Part shown: in pieces, positions 1-12,955 of the stretch | Layout of the letters: each line of letters starts with the position of its first letter | Numbering within the stretch: the stretch's first letter is position 1 | Source of the DNA: Isurus oxyrinchus | Taxonomy: Eukaryota | DNA length: 64,000 nt | Direction: 5' to 3' | NCBI GenBank assembly: GCA_026770705.1 | Contig: JANJGN010000007.1 | Location: 109,740,001-109,804,000 of the forward strand | Made by a program: the position numbers and the translations under genes | Notes under the pieces: model-generated | Databases searched by the model: none | What the model saw: the letters and a program-made list of their open reading frames with translations, nothing else | What the model was told of the DNA's origin: nothing

Positions 1-803
1 GGAAGAGGACGGGTAAAATTGGTGGGGTTGGCAGTTTGTAATAATCATTCAAAGTAATCAGTAAATCAATCCAATGCCAGTATTGAATGTTGTGCTTTTT
101 TAGCAGGTCCTGCAGGAAACAACTGTCTGGAACACGACAAACTGTGAGGAAGATTTCACTGTCTCCAAGAAAATTGTGAAACAGGTATTCTGTGCAGGGT
201 ATGACGACTCTCAAGCCCCAATATGTGATAGGGGTAGATTTTGACTTGGTGAGATAGCGGAGAATGGGGGATAGAGAATTGGCAGTGCCTTTTACATCTC
301 TCACAAGTTTTATTGCAGTGAGAATAGGAACAAAATTCATTAGGAATAAGAGGAATGTAAAACGGACTGCTACCTCACTGTCTTCCAGCTTACACTGTCT
401 CCAAAATCCAAGATCTGGCCCCATGCTCCCTATAGTATTACATACCCAAATACAATAATTATACTGTCAGCGCCCACTGGCTCCAGCACAACCATTACAA
501 TTTTGATTTCATCCATACACGGTAATTTGTTTTTTTGCTAAGTTTTGTAGCCAAACTTCTGATTAAACCCACAGAAATAGATACTTAATAATGATAGGAT
601 CCAACTAAAATGTCCATCGTAATTGAATTGATTTTTAATAAAGCAATGCGGGATAGATCTTGTAAAACGATGACAGCTTCTTTGCAAACTATATCTCTCC
701 TCATTGAAGTCAATCTGGTGTACGATAGATCCGATGTGCAATAACACGGGCAGCTGCCTTGTTGTCAGTCGTTTTACAATGTAGCACAAAATCAATATCG
801 GCC

Positions 804-813
804 TCATTTTCTC
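804..813 (-). pseudogene. Putative terminal exon start (followed by 3' UTR) of the minus-strand NCR3-like gene
   Basis: Good acceptor ttactgttttcctttcag|GAGAAAATGA on - strand; a phase-2 join from the ITIM exon gives R-R-K-stop. Reading frame uncertain. Confidence 0.35.
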
Positions 814-1606
814 CTGAAAGGAAAACAGTAACATGAGTTTACTATGAATAGCGTTGGCCTGTTTAACAAAAATGAACTTCTAATGATATAATTGGAGACA
901 CCAGAAAATTGGAGCCCAGTTCTGTTTAAATTACCACCTGTAGTGTACAATATATTGACAGTATTATTTTCATCATGAAGACTAGATCGTCAATTTGCCA
1001 CCTAGGGGTAAAACCGATATTGCGAATCAGCCGTTGGTAATAGAAACCGTTTGGGCAGCATGTGGAAAATCTAACCCGCGTCGCGTACTGCCAGCTTTTT
1101 AATGGAATGGGTGATTTCTGTTTGTACCATCACAGAATCTATTTAATAAAGGATTTTCGTGCAACCTATCTAAGCAAAGTGATTATTTCAATTACGCCTT
1201 TTGTATCAGTGGTAAGATTATAGGAAATAAAAATGTTTTTCTTCAAAATCCAGCGGTGTACAGGCTCCATTTCCCCCTTGGACGCTGTTGTGAGCTGGGT
1301 GATATTGAATTAGCCGCGCCGGATTTTCATCTCCAGTGAAGTAAATGAAAATTGGGACACCCATTTGAATATCGCGCATCTTACACCATGTCCAAAGTTA
1401 AAACTACCCCAGGCATTCTTTAATTTGATTTTTTATTAATATTCCTTAGGCCACTAGTTTCATTAATAGGAAGACTAATAGATTCTCCGGGCACTCTCCT
1501 CTCAGGGTCTGAACTCTTTGATGACTTTATCAGATGATAGTTTTTTTTTAGAAATTTAATAAATTGGTCTTCACTGGGGGACATGTTTAGTGACTTCCCA
1601 TGTTAC

Positions 1607-1694
1607 CTGGTCTGTCGCTCACATGAAAGGTCCGAATAAAGGAGCGCTGAATTTGCTCTACTGGTCCTCCTCATCTGAGCAGTTGTAGCAGTTC
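1607..1694 (-). pseudogene. Cytoplasmic ITIM-encoding exon remnant (GTATTAQMRRTSRANSALLYSDLSCERQT), NCR3-like gene copy A
   Basis: Donor CAG|GTAACA; LLYSDL (1627-1644) fits LxYxxL; two differences from copy B (AGA/AGG, GCA/GCG) are synonymous in this frame; upstream acceptor reads CGG instead of CAG. Confidence 0.5.
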
Positions 1695-3215
1695 CCGAAG
1701 ATATATGTCAAATACGTGGATGTGGAGCAGAAACCACGTCCCCTCACGCGTACACTCAACTTCCCATTCCAGATCGCAATCTCTACACTGAGGGCACTGG
1801 CAGAGAGTCATTTTGCGCTCCAAGCTGTGCACAACGCACCACTCACATCAAATTGAATGCAGCAAATTTCCACCAACTATATGACGAAGTTGCCCAAAAT
1901 ACTTTCATAATTCAATAATCAAAAGTTACTTGACCATTAAAATACACTTTGATATGAAGTCCAATACATTTGCAGGCATGCTTGATGAATGAAATTGATG
2001 ACAGGAGTTTACATTGTAGTTTATTTAAGGTGACTTATACCTCCATTGGGTCTTAATGACGTGCTATTTCGGCGTAAGTTCGTCCGACATCCCGCAATAA
2101 CTGTGCCAAAAGATTGACGGATGCCCTATCATTTAGAGCATTTCTACAAGGCTACGTAAATTTACAGCTGCGGCTAGGGTTGACCATCGCACAGCAAATT
2201 CAAACCCTAGCAGCACAATTGTATAATTTCAGCTCAGCTGATAAGTTGTGCAGATGTGCAGCTAATCATTCGAGCAGGGGTCTGCCGATCAACCACGTAA
2301 CATTTTGGGGGATCCATTAAAACCTGAGAAACATCGCAAAATTAACGTTAATGGGGGTAGTATACCTCTAAAATGGTTTCTGCAGGCATGCCAGAAGAAC
2401 AGTCTTTGGGTGCCGATTGATCATTCAACTCGATCATGGCTGATCAGCACCTCAATACCAATTACCTGCCTAGCTCTGTATCCCTTGATATCGGTAACTA
2501 ACACAAATCCGTCATCTCTGTCTTGAAGCCTCCGATTGTTCAAGCATCCACAGCCTTTTCGGGAGCGGCATCTAGATTTCTACGAGTTTTTGTGTGAAAA
2601 AACATGTTTCCTGGTTTCATTTCCGAATGCCTGGCTTAAATTTTGAAATGATATTGCTTTCTTTTGGGTTTTAACTACTGTAAGAAGCAAAGATGTGCAT
2701 GCGAGTTCTGATCGATCTGAAGCGTTAACTCCGTTCTTAGGGAATCTGCAGCACTGCCGAGCTGACTGGCGATAGCGACATGTGACTATGGTCAATACTG
2801 AGGAAGAATATGATAAATATGAGAACACATTAATAATCTTGCAGAATGCCTGTGCAATTGGTAATTGAATTTCAGTATAGTTGAGTGCGACTTAGTGTAA
2901 TTCGGTAGCAAAAATAAGGGGATCTTATACTGTTTGCATAGTAAGAGTCTAAATGGGGTAGAGTGGAAAAGGGATCTAGGGTTAGAAACCACAAATCACG
3001 AGAAGTATTACTGGAGGCTAAGGCAAGCATTGGAGTTAATGCTTCAAGGAACAGAATTAAAAGGCAGAGAGGTAATGTCAAACTCCGATGAAAAAGACAG
3101 AAAATGCTGGGAAACATCTCAGCAAGTTGGTATCATCTATGGAGGGAGAAACATGCATAACTTTTCAAGTCTAATATGAAACTTCTGAAGAATAGTTTGT
3201 TAAATTTATAATTTT

Positions 3216-4385
3216 TTAATTCATTTACAGGATGTGGGCTTCGCTGGCTGGGCCAATATTTATTGCCCATCTCTAGTTGCCATTGAGAAGGTAATGCTGA
3301 GCTGCCTTCTTGAGCTGCTGCAGTCCATGTGGTGTAGGTACACCGACAGTGCTGTTAGGAAGGGAGTTTCAGGATTTTGACCTAGCGACAGTGAAGGAAC
3401 CGCGATATATTTCAAAGTCAAGATGGTAAGTGACTTGATGGGGAACATCCAGGTGGCGGTGTTCCCATCTATCTGCTGCCCTTGTCCTTCTAGGTTTGAG
3501 TGGTCGTGGAATTGGAATGTGCTGTCTGAGGACCCTTGGTGAATTCTTGCAGTGCATCTTGTAGATGGTACACACTGCTGCTACTCTGCATCGGTGGTGG
3601 AGGGAGTGAATGTTTGTGCATGTGGTGCCAATCAAGTGGACTGCTTTGATCTGGATGGTGCCCAGCTTCTTCAGTGTTGTAGGAGCTGCACTCACCCAGG
3701 CACGTCGGAAATATTCCATCACATTCCAGACTTGCACCTTGTAGAGGGTGGACAGGCTTTATAGTGTCAGGAGGTGAGTTACTCATCGCATGATTCCTAG
3801 CCTCTGACCTGCTCTTGTAGCCACAGTATTTATATGCCTAGTCCAGTTCAGTTTCTGATCAATCGTAACCCCCAGAATGTTGATAGTGGGGAATTCAGTG
3901 ATGTTAATGTCATTGAACACCATGGGGCAATGGTTGGATTTTCTCTTGTTAGAGATGGTCATTGCCTGACACTTGTGAGGCACGAAAGTTACTTGCCACT
4001 TGTCAACTCAAGCCTGGATATTGTCCAGGTCTCGCTGCATTTAGACATGGACTGCTTCAGTATCTCAGGAGCCACGCATGGTGCTGAAATTGTGCAATGA
4101 TCAGTGAACACCCCCAATTCTGACCTTGTGATGGACGAAAGGCCATTGATGAAGCAGCTGAAGATGGCTGGGCCTAGGACACAACCTTGCAGTGATGTCC
4201 TGGAGCTGAGATGACTGACCTCCAACAACCACAACCATCTTCCTTCATGCTAGGCATGACTCCAACCAGCAGAGTTTCCGTCCTGATTTCCATTGACTCG
4301 AATTTTGCTCGGGCTCCTGGATGCCACACACAGAGTCAAACGCAGTCTTGATGTCAAGGGCAGTCATTCTCACCTCATCTGCTTC
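3216..4385 (-). mobile_element. 5'-truncated non-LTR retrotransposon (CR1/L2-group LINE), RT C-terminus and 3' UTR
   Basis: ORF fragments QGCVLGPAIFSCFIN, VFTDHCT and ILGVTIDQKLNWTRHINTVATRAGQRLGI; same family at 28.5, 32.5, 35.6 and 56.5 kb. Confidence 0.9.
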
Positions 4386-4389
4386 AATG

Positions 4390-4923
4390 AACCAGCCATA
4401 TAAATACTGTGGCTACGATAGCAAGTCAGAGGCTGGGGATTCTACAGAGAGTAACTCACCTCCGGACTCCCCAAAGCCTGCCCACTGCCTATAAGGCACA
4501 AGGCAGGAGCGTGGTGGAATAATCTCCATTTGCCCGGACTAATGCAAGTCCAACACACTCAGGAAGTTTGGCAACAACCATGACAAAGCAGATGACTTGA
4601 TTTGCACCCCAAGCACCACCATCAACATAACTTCCTCTACCACTGTCAGTGGCAGCAGTGTGTACCATCTACAATATGCACTGCAGCAACTCACCAAAGC
4701 TCCATTGACAGCACCTTTCAAATCCACAACTTCTACAACTTAGAAAGTCAAGGGCAGCAGATGTATGGGAACACCGCCACCTGCAAGTTCCCCTCCAAGA
4801 CACACACCATCTTAATTTGGAACTATATCATCGTCCCTTCACTGTCGCTGGATCAAAATCCTGAAACTCCTTCCTAACAAGACTGTGGGTATGCACACAC
4901 CACATGGACTGCAGTGGTTCAAG
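4390..4923 (+). mobile_element. LINE 3' fragment, same family, inverted relative to its neighbour
   Basis: catataaatactgtggctac...catggactgcagtggttcaag is the reverse complement of part of 3216-3850. Confidence 0.85.
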
Positions 4924-6185
4924 AGAGCTAATCGGTATTTATGAAATTATGAAAGGGTTTGATAGGATAGTCCTGGAGAAAATTCTGAGGCAGTGCAAAA
5001 CTAGAGGGCAGAAACATAAGAAAGCTATGAAAAAATTTAATAGGAAATTCAAGAACTTTACAATTCAAGAATTGTAAGAATGTAAATGGTATTAGAAGAA
5101 GTAGTTGGGGTGAATTGCATGGAGACATTGAAAGGGAAAGCTTGATAAGTATATGAGGGAGAAAGAAATAAAAAAATATGCTGATAATGATAATGAAGCG
5201 GGATAGGATAGGACTCAGGGGAGCAAAAGTGTCAGTGGAGAGCAGTTTTGTGCTGTCGACTGTGTATACTTCTACGTAATGTGAAACGGAACAAAGAGGA
5301 AACATTTAGTGGCTCGATCAACATCAACCAAGTGAAACGATAGGTTAATGGTTCAGTCATAATCCCTCATTCGGACTGGAAAAATAAAGTGGATGATGCA
5401 AATAACAAGTTATATTTATATAACCCCTTTAAAGTAGAGAAACATGTTTCCCAAAGTCTAACCAAAAAGAAAAATGCACCCAGTAAAAGAAAGATGCATT
5501 TTATTTTATTCCTTCACAGGGTATGTGCATCGCTGGCTGGACCAATATTTATTGCTCATTCCTAATTGTCCTAGAGTAAGTGGTGGTGAGCCACCTTCTT
5601 GAACCGCTGCAGTCCATGTGGTGTATGTACACTCATACTGTTAGGCAAGAGGAGCCAAATGTTTGATCAAAGAGCTGGGTATCAAGTACAATCCTAATTG
5701 AGGAGCAGGAATACAGAAGCAGAGAAGTTTAGAGAGAGACTTTGAGAGCATGGAGTCTGTGCAACAGTGGACAAAGGGGTTGCATGATCTACTACATTCC
5801 ACAGATAAGGGAATGAAGAGATAGGGGAGTTATTAGCTGGAGAGGTTACTGAGATTGGGAAGGCCAAGGTCATGCAGAGTTTTAAATTAGGATGGGAATT
5901 AAAAATTTCAGGCACTGGGGAGGTGAGACCCAATATAGGTCAGCCAGGTTAGGGAAGAAGGGGAATCAGAGTTTGGTGTGGGATAGGTAATGGGAAGCAT
6001 TGTCTTCGATGAACAGAAGTAATTTACATGTCAAGGTTGGTGAGGCAGAGTGGGGAAGGGGAGATAGCTAAGAGTACATTGGTGTAATTAGATCAATCAT
6101 GACCACACGTAGATCAACATGGAAGTCAACAAATTAGGGACAACTGTTTCAGCTGCAAATTGTTAAGATGGGGTAAAGATGGAAG

Positions 6186-6316
6186 ATAGCCAAGTGGTTA
6201 TGGTACTGGACTTGCAACCCCAAAATCAAGAGTTCAAATCTCACAACGGCAAACTATGAAACAATGTAACTTCATCTGAATAGGAACAGATGGAAACGTG
6301 TTTGTACTCGAAAGAG
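6186..6316 (+). mobile_element. tRNA-derived SINE head, present in duplicate copy A only
   Basis: A-box TAGCCAAGTGG and B-box GAGTTCAAATC; copy B reads ggaagata|ttacaaagg without 6189-6316. Confidence 0.65.
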
Positions 6317-6559
6317 TTACAAAGGTAGAGATAGGCAGTCTGTGCAATGAAGTGGGTCTGGGGTTACCATCACAGTTACCTTCACCATTTGTGAATTTTA
6401 TTCGAGTTACTTTGGTTCTATGGTGGGATGGAAACCTGACTGGATAGATTAAAACAGCGGTGTAGATAAGATTGGCATAGAACAAAGGTAGGAGTGAGGC
6501 AAAAGTTGATATACGGTGTGAGCAATATATTTTACCATTCAGATATTTCACCATTCACA

Positions 6560-7030
6560 AACTATATATGCATGCGAATGTGTGCGTGTGTATATTTGTG
6601 CATATGTATTTATGTATGTTTGTGTGAGTGCATTGGGATTTGTCTATATATGTGTGTGCGTGTATTTGTGTGTGTATCTGGGGAAGATGTATATGTGTAC
6701 CTGTATTTGGGGGAGATGGGTGTCTGTGTATTAGTGGGAAGTGTGTGTGTGTGTGTATTTCGGGGAGGGGTTTGTGTGTGCCTGTGTGAGAGCGCATGTG
6801 TGTGTATCTGAGGGAGGCGGATGAGTGTGTATATGTGTGTTTATTTGGAGGTGCCAGATGTGTGTGTGTGTGTGTGTGTGTATGTGAGTATTTGCATTTG
6901 GGGGAGGTGTGTGTTTGTGTGTGTGTGTATTTGCGGAGGCGTATGTGTCTGTCTTGTGTGTGTGGGTGCGTGTGTGTGTTTTTGGGGAGGTGTGTGTGTG
7001 TGTGTGTGTGTGCATGTATATGCGTGTACT
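6560..7030. repeat. Degenerate (TG)n microsatellite with GGGGAGG-spaced subunits
   Basis: Direct inspection; source of the CVCV/HTHT pseudo-ORFs. Confidence 0.95.
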
Positions 7031-7164
7031 TTCCTGCATTCCAACAATGGCTATACTTCAATGACTGTAAAATGCTTTGGGATGTTAGAGATTTTGAAAT
7101 GCATTATATTTATGCAAGCCTTTCCTTATTTTTGGATGTGTGCGTGAATGTCATAGCGTCATTA

Positions 7165-8600
7165 CGGCAATCCAATCACTCCAATTGACCTGCTCTATCC
7201 CCGTAACCCTGCAAATTTATTTCCTTCAAGTATCCCTAAAATCTCCTTTTGAAATAATTGATCATCTCCGCTTTCACAACTCAAGTGCACAGCAAATTGC
7301 AGGCAATTACAGTTTGCTGCACTGTAAAGCTCTTCCCCGGCATCGCATGCCCAAAACCTTCAATCCGCGTCCCCTAGACTTTGTGCGGTCAACTAATAGG
7401 AACAGCTTTTCTTTGTCTATTTTATCTAAACCTATCATACCTTGTACACCTCTATGAATTCTCCCTTCAATAGCCATTTATCCAAGGAGAACAACTCCAG
7501 CTTCTCCATCCTGACTTTATAGCTAAACCGCCGCATCTGTGGAATCTTTTGGACAAATCTCCTTTGCATCCTCACAAGGATCAACGATCCTTCTGAAAGG
7601 AGAGCTTTAAAATGGTCCAGCATAATTTCCTTGATTTTGTGCTCAATACCCCTATTTATGATGCCCAAGGTCTCATATACTCTGCAAACTACTCTCTACA
7701 TATGGCCTGCCTCTTTCAAAGGTTTTGTACACGAAACCTCAGGTAGCTCTGTCCCTGGTTAATTTTTAGAATTTAGCCATTAAGTCTATATTGGCTCTCG
7801 CTCTCCTTTCTACTAAAATGCACCACCTGCCACCCTGTATTAAATTATTTCTGTCATTTGTCCACCCACTATGACAGCCTATCCATGCCCGTTGCAGTCG
7901 ATTGGTATTATCCCCACTGCCTGCCAAACTTCCAAGTTTGGTGCAATCGACACATTTTGTCGTTTTGCTTTGCATTCCAATATCCAGGTCATTTATGTAT
8001 ATCAAAGAAAAACAGTGGACGCAGCACTGACGCCTAGGGAACACTACTGTCTACTATCCCCTGATCTGAAAAAAAAGTTATCGTGATTCATTAATATTTT
8101 TCCTTAAGCCAAATTTTTATCCAGGCTGACACTGACTCTCCTATTCCATGAACCTTAATTTTGCTAGCCAACCTTTTATGCCGTATTTTGTCAGATGCTT
8201 TCTTAAAATCTATGTAAACAACTTCCATTACATTGCATTCATGAACATTCTCTGTTACTTCATTAAAAAGCAATCTATTAGATTTGTCAAGCCTGATCTG
8301 CTTCTTACAAATCTGTTGTTGATCACCTCAATTAACTTAAACTTCTCCAAGTGCCTGGTGGTTTTACTTTGATTATTGTTTCTAACACCTCACCTACTGC
8401 CAATGTTAAACGACCAGCGTCTAGTTATTAGGCAATCCTCTATACCCTTGCTTGAATAAGAGTGTCAAATTTGCTACTCATCAATCCTTTGGCACCTCCC
8501 ATGTATCCAGGGAAGATTTGAAAATTATGGCAAGCCCTTCTACCATCTGCACTTCCGCTTCCTTCAGCAACTTGGGGAACAAATCAAGTAACTTTAGCAT
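7165..8600 (-). mobile_element. Degenerate CR1 LINE (RT region to 3' end)
   Basis: VYIDFKKASDKIRHKRL, FSLIYINDLD and RMEKLELFSL fragments. Confidence 0.9.
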
Positions 8601-8909
8601 AAACAGCCTTTAAATTACACACTGCCTATCAATTTTCACCCAATTTATTCATCTCCACATCTGTAAATGCCTTGTCAACATCCTGTCCCCTTTAAACATC
8701 CAGCAAAGTTACTCATGAAATATTCTAGTCTTGCACTACGCCACTTTGCCCCGAATAGGCCCCACACCGTCTCTACTATCAGCTCACTATTTATAGGCCA
8801 GTATAAGAGATTTGAGTGTTCTTCTCTGATAACTGCCTTTCAATTCTTATGCTCTCTATTTGCCAGTTGTATTTTCCTCTTCACCTCGCCTCTCAATTTA
8901 TTGTATTTG

Positions 8910-9045
8910 ATATGTGTACATGTTTCTATGTCTGTATGTTTATAGCTGTATGTGTATGCGTGTATGTATATGTATGCATACTGTATGTACATATGTGTAT
9001 CTTTGTGTGCTGATGTATATGTATGCCAGTGAATGTATGTGCATA
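8910..9045. repeat. Degenerate (TG/TA)n microsatellite
   Basis: Direct inspection. Confidence 0.85.
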
Positions 9046-9681
9046 ACTACTGCCAATTCCGATTCATTCATCACCCCATGCTCGTTGATCCACAGTGACA
9101 CCAGATCCATCAATGCCTTCATTTAAAATTCTCATCTGTGTTTTCAAATCCCTCCTGGATCTTGTTCCTCATCCAATTCTGGACTCTTGTCCATCCTCAA
9201 TTTTCATCCCTCGACCTTGCGTTTAGCTGTGTTGGCCCAAGCTCTGGGACTCCATCCCAAAACAAATCTGCCTCTTTCCCCACCTTTAAAGCCTGCCTCT
9301 TTGACCAAGCTGTTGGTTACCAATATCTTACATTGCCTAGTGTTAAAATCTGTTCGATAATGTTCCCTGTGAAGCTCCAACTGATACTTTACTATTTGAA
9401 GGTGCTTTATAATTACGGGTTATTGTTGCATACGTGTGTATATGTTCGTGTGTGTCTGTGTGGCTGTCATTATGTTTGCTCTCCTCACCACCAGCCCTTC
9501 GCCACCCCTCCCACGACACCTTCCATTCTTTATGCTCCTTTTTAAATAGATTTTCCTATGTGTAATTTATTCAATTCTGATGAAAGGTCCTCGCCACAGA
9601 GGCATCTATTTTAGATGTTTTTAATACGCGATTGCTATTGCTCAAGCGTGAGCTTTGCAACTTATCTATAAAAAGACTTAT

Positions 9682-9844
9682 CTTGTAGCTGGTTTCTTCA
9701 TTTACCTAAGCATTGCAATCACTGGCAGAATAGAACTACACGGCGATTCTGCTAATGGTGTAATGGAAATACTTGTGGTTGAAAATTGCACCCCATCTCA
9801 GGGCGTGCAGTTTGCACAGTCCTTGCAGTATTTCCTTTGATGTT
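9682..9844 (-). pseudogene. Possible stalk/TM exon remnant of the NCR3-like gene (Arg near TM start)
   Basis: Acceptor tttcctaaattcag|; dead donor CAAG|ATAAGT; frames give EHQRKYCKDCANCT, YFHYTISRIAV and ILPVIAMLR*MKKPAT, but joining them needs frameshifts. Confidence 0.3.
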
Positions 9845-12419
9845 CTGAATTTAGGAAATGTATTTCAAACGCCGCATCTCTCAATCAAACATTTCTATAG
9901 ATGCTCTGCCAAGTCGATGTTTAGCGATTCCCGGCTTGTTAACGCTGACAAATGCAATGCGAAGCAACCAACCAAATCATCATTAGTGTTCTGTCCGCTG
10001 GCTCATTCTTTGCCTTGACCTGCTTTACCATCTCCTTCCACTTCCAGGGGCAGGGCGAGGACTTAGTTCTGAAGAGTCATACGTCTTGAAACGTTGCCAG
10101 ACTTGCTGCGTTTTTCTGTCTTTACTTAACGGGAATCGAACCCATGCTGCTGGCGTTATTTTGAATTATACACGAGCTTGCTAACCAACTAAGCTGATCA
10201 GTTGATAGTAACTGCGAAATATAATTAACTTTAGATATGTGTACCATTTTCTGAGGCCGCTATATCATTATAATTTGTTTTCGCAGCAATCGCTATAAAA
10301 AATAAGGTCCGGAAAATGTTTTAGTGGTCCAATGTTTTAGCGTATATATCTGAAGGGAAATATGATCTTGCAGTAGAAAATCGTGCAGTAAAATTCGCGA
10401 AAGAAGGTAGAAGAGCTTGTATTCACGTAGCGCATTTCTCGACCCCTTGAGGCCCCAAAATGCTTTACGGCCAACTGAGTACTTTTTGACATGTTGTCGC
10501 TGTTATAATATAGGACACGTGGCAGACATGCCGCACACAACAAATTCCCACAAACAGAAACATAATGAGCAGATAATCTCTTTCAGTGGTGTTGGCTGAG
10601 GGGTGAATATTGGCCAGGATGCAAGCAACATGTTGTGGAGTCGTGTTAAACTTCTTATATGCATGAATATTGAATTTCACAACAGCACATTCGCTTGTTA
10701 AGGTGCTCATTGAAATAGAGCAAATTTACACGTGAATGTTTGTCAGGACGCAAAAAACATGATGTAGGATCCTATTATGTGGAACCCAGCTCTCCCGGAA
10801 CATAAACCCAGTGGTAGAGCTCCCTTTCGTTTTCTGGAATCCAGTGGAGTCCTGACTGTGGATTTACATTGGAAGTGGGAATATATTTTTCCCATTAGAA
10901 AGGCTTTGCTGCTTAGTGCTGTGGCATCAACCATGACCCTACGACTGACCATCATAATAATATGTTTGATATATATTTAATTCATTAACTTCCAAGATTG
11001 CTTGGTAAATTCCAAATTCCAATCAATTTTACATGCTTTCGGGTATGCCACTATGATGAGAGAAAGAACGACTTGCATTCCTTCATACCTCGCCTCTGAA
11101 ATGTCCCAAATTGCCTCACACTGCTTTTGAAGTAGACAAATCTGAAAGCAGATTTTCTCAACAGATCCCATTAACAGCAGTAGAAAGGAAACTATTTTTT
11201 TAAATGTTGTCAATGGTTGTAATGTAGAGAAAGATGACAGGCAATTAGCAAACTGAAAGCTCACATGCATAGCAATGTGATGATCTGCAGTTAGAATTGT
11301 TCGTTGGGCGAATAATGTTGGACAAGACACCAGGAGAATTCTATGCGGTAGGGTATCTTTTACATGCAACAGACGAGACAGAAAGATCGATGGTTAATTG
11401 TCCCAAGGTAAGGAGAACACCTGCGGGAATTGAGGAATAAATCTGCTCAGGAGCAACTGCAGTGCTGCAACACGAAAGAACAATCTCTTAAATTAAATTA
11501 ATTATTGATGATTGTTATGATCTATTTTCATATCCTGTTACTATTTGGCGTATTTAATTTAAAATTACCCTCTCAAACCTGGTATTAAAACTGAGTAACC
11601 CACTGAAGTCGACTTCGGGAGCTTTAAGAACATAACGATGCAGAGAAAAGAAAGAGAGCATTGAGTCTATCCCAAAGGCTTCAAAAAACATCTCTATCCC
11701 TGATAATCACCAGTCCTCTCTCTTCAAAAAAGCAATTTAATGCTGTGGTGCTTCTTATACATAGGTAGCAAAGTGCATAAACTTTCATTTATGGCAGCTA
11801 CAAAGAAGATGGTGCTGTTTGTTTTGCACATCGAGATGATAGGAAAACACCCAGTGCATATGTAAGATGAAAAGGCAACACTGAAGAAAAGTAAGAATGT
11901 TCACATGGCGCCCTTGATGACCATGAGACCTCGCAAAGCGTTCTACAACCAATGAAGAACTTTTTGAAGTGTAGACACCGTTGTATGAAATGGTCGACAG
12001 TTTATGCACAACAGGGTCCCACAGGCAACATGGATAAACACCAGATTTTTTGTGCGATTTTGGACAAGGGTTAAATATTGGCGAGGAAACCGAGAAGAAC
12101 TTCCTGCTCTTCCTCCAATTCTTGGGTGAGTTATTTTTTTATCAGGATGTTACTGTTGAACCCATGGTATTTACTTGGTGCTTGAAACCGTAGAAACACA
12201 ATAAAAGCTGTTTTTATTTAAACATTATCCAAAATTCAATATTTCTACGTTTGATAGCAGTAAAATGCTACTTTTGAGTTCAACGATTTACGAAAATTAT
12301 ACATCACTATCAAACAAAAAGGCAAGTATTTTATACTGGGCTAGGTGATTGTAAGAAACGCAGTTCATGTATGTGCAATAACATTTGCAAGGCTGACCCC
12401 GAGCTACTGACAGCTGTCA

Positions 12420-12955
12420 TTTTAATTATCCACCTTGCTCACAAGCTGACCTCTCGGTGCTCGGCCTGCTGCAGTGTTCCAATAAAAAGGTCAATGTAAG
12501 TTTCTGAAACATCATCTCATCTTTGGATTAGAGCTTTAACAGCCTTCTAAGTTTAAGATTGAGTTTAACAATTTCAGACAGTAACTTCCCATTTTGTTCC
12601 TTTTCTTCGCATGTTTCGGTTTTCTCTTGCTCCTGCTTTCGTGCAGCAGAATTCCTGCTTACGTCACATCTGTTTCACTTTGTTTTTATCTTGTCCCCTT
12701 TGGCCCAGCACGAGTAACTCTCCTGTCTTTCAATCGGTCCCGTGTTCTGCCCTACTATCGACCCCCTCTTTTCTTATATTTCCCACGGTCTCCTTACCTC
12801 CGATTACCTTTCTAACTTTTTCCAATTCTGTTGCAAGATCGCAGTCCTGAAACGTTGCTCTGATTCTCTCTACAGATGCTGCCCGGTCCGCTGAGCATTT
12901 CCAGCACTTTCTGTCTTTACTTCAAATTTTCAGCAGCTGCAGTATTTTGCTCTTG
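12420..12955 (+). mobile_element. Old Penelope-like element 3' remnant
   Basis: ctctcggtgctcggcctgctgcagtgttcc (LSVLGLLQCS) and catctcatcttt...attgagtttaacaatttcaga resemble the GIY-YIG C-terminus at 55340-55470; PLE-type tail cagatgctgcc...gctgagcatttccagcac. Confidence 0.7.

Larger units (their letters stand above)
1..10758 (+). repeat. Segmental duplication copy A (paralogous to 49606-64000)
   Basis: Colinear match from ggaagaggacgggtaaaatt (1 vs 49606) to tttgtcagg-cgcaa-aaac (about 10740 vs 63981), roughly 90-95% identical by eye, including shared unique sequence and shared old repeats. Confidence 0.97.

Noticed and set aside
6186-6250. Functional tRNA gene
   Set aside because: A and B boxes present but no complete acceptor stem or Pol III terminator; SINE head.
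6494-7188. Cys/Val- and His/Thr-rich ORFs (also 59711-60392)
   Set aside because: Translations of (TG)n microsatellite.
12440-12505. Leader-like LSVLGLLQCSNKKVN|GTAAGT as first exon of gene 1
   Set aside because: Matches the Penelope GIY-YIG C-terminus; a better phase-1 leader exists at 17067.
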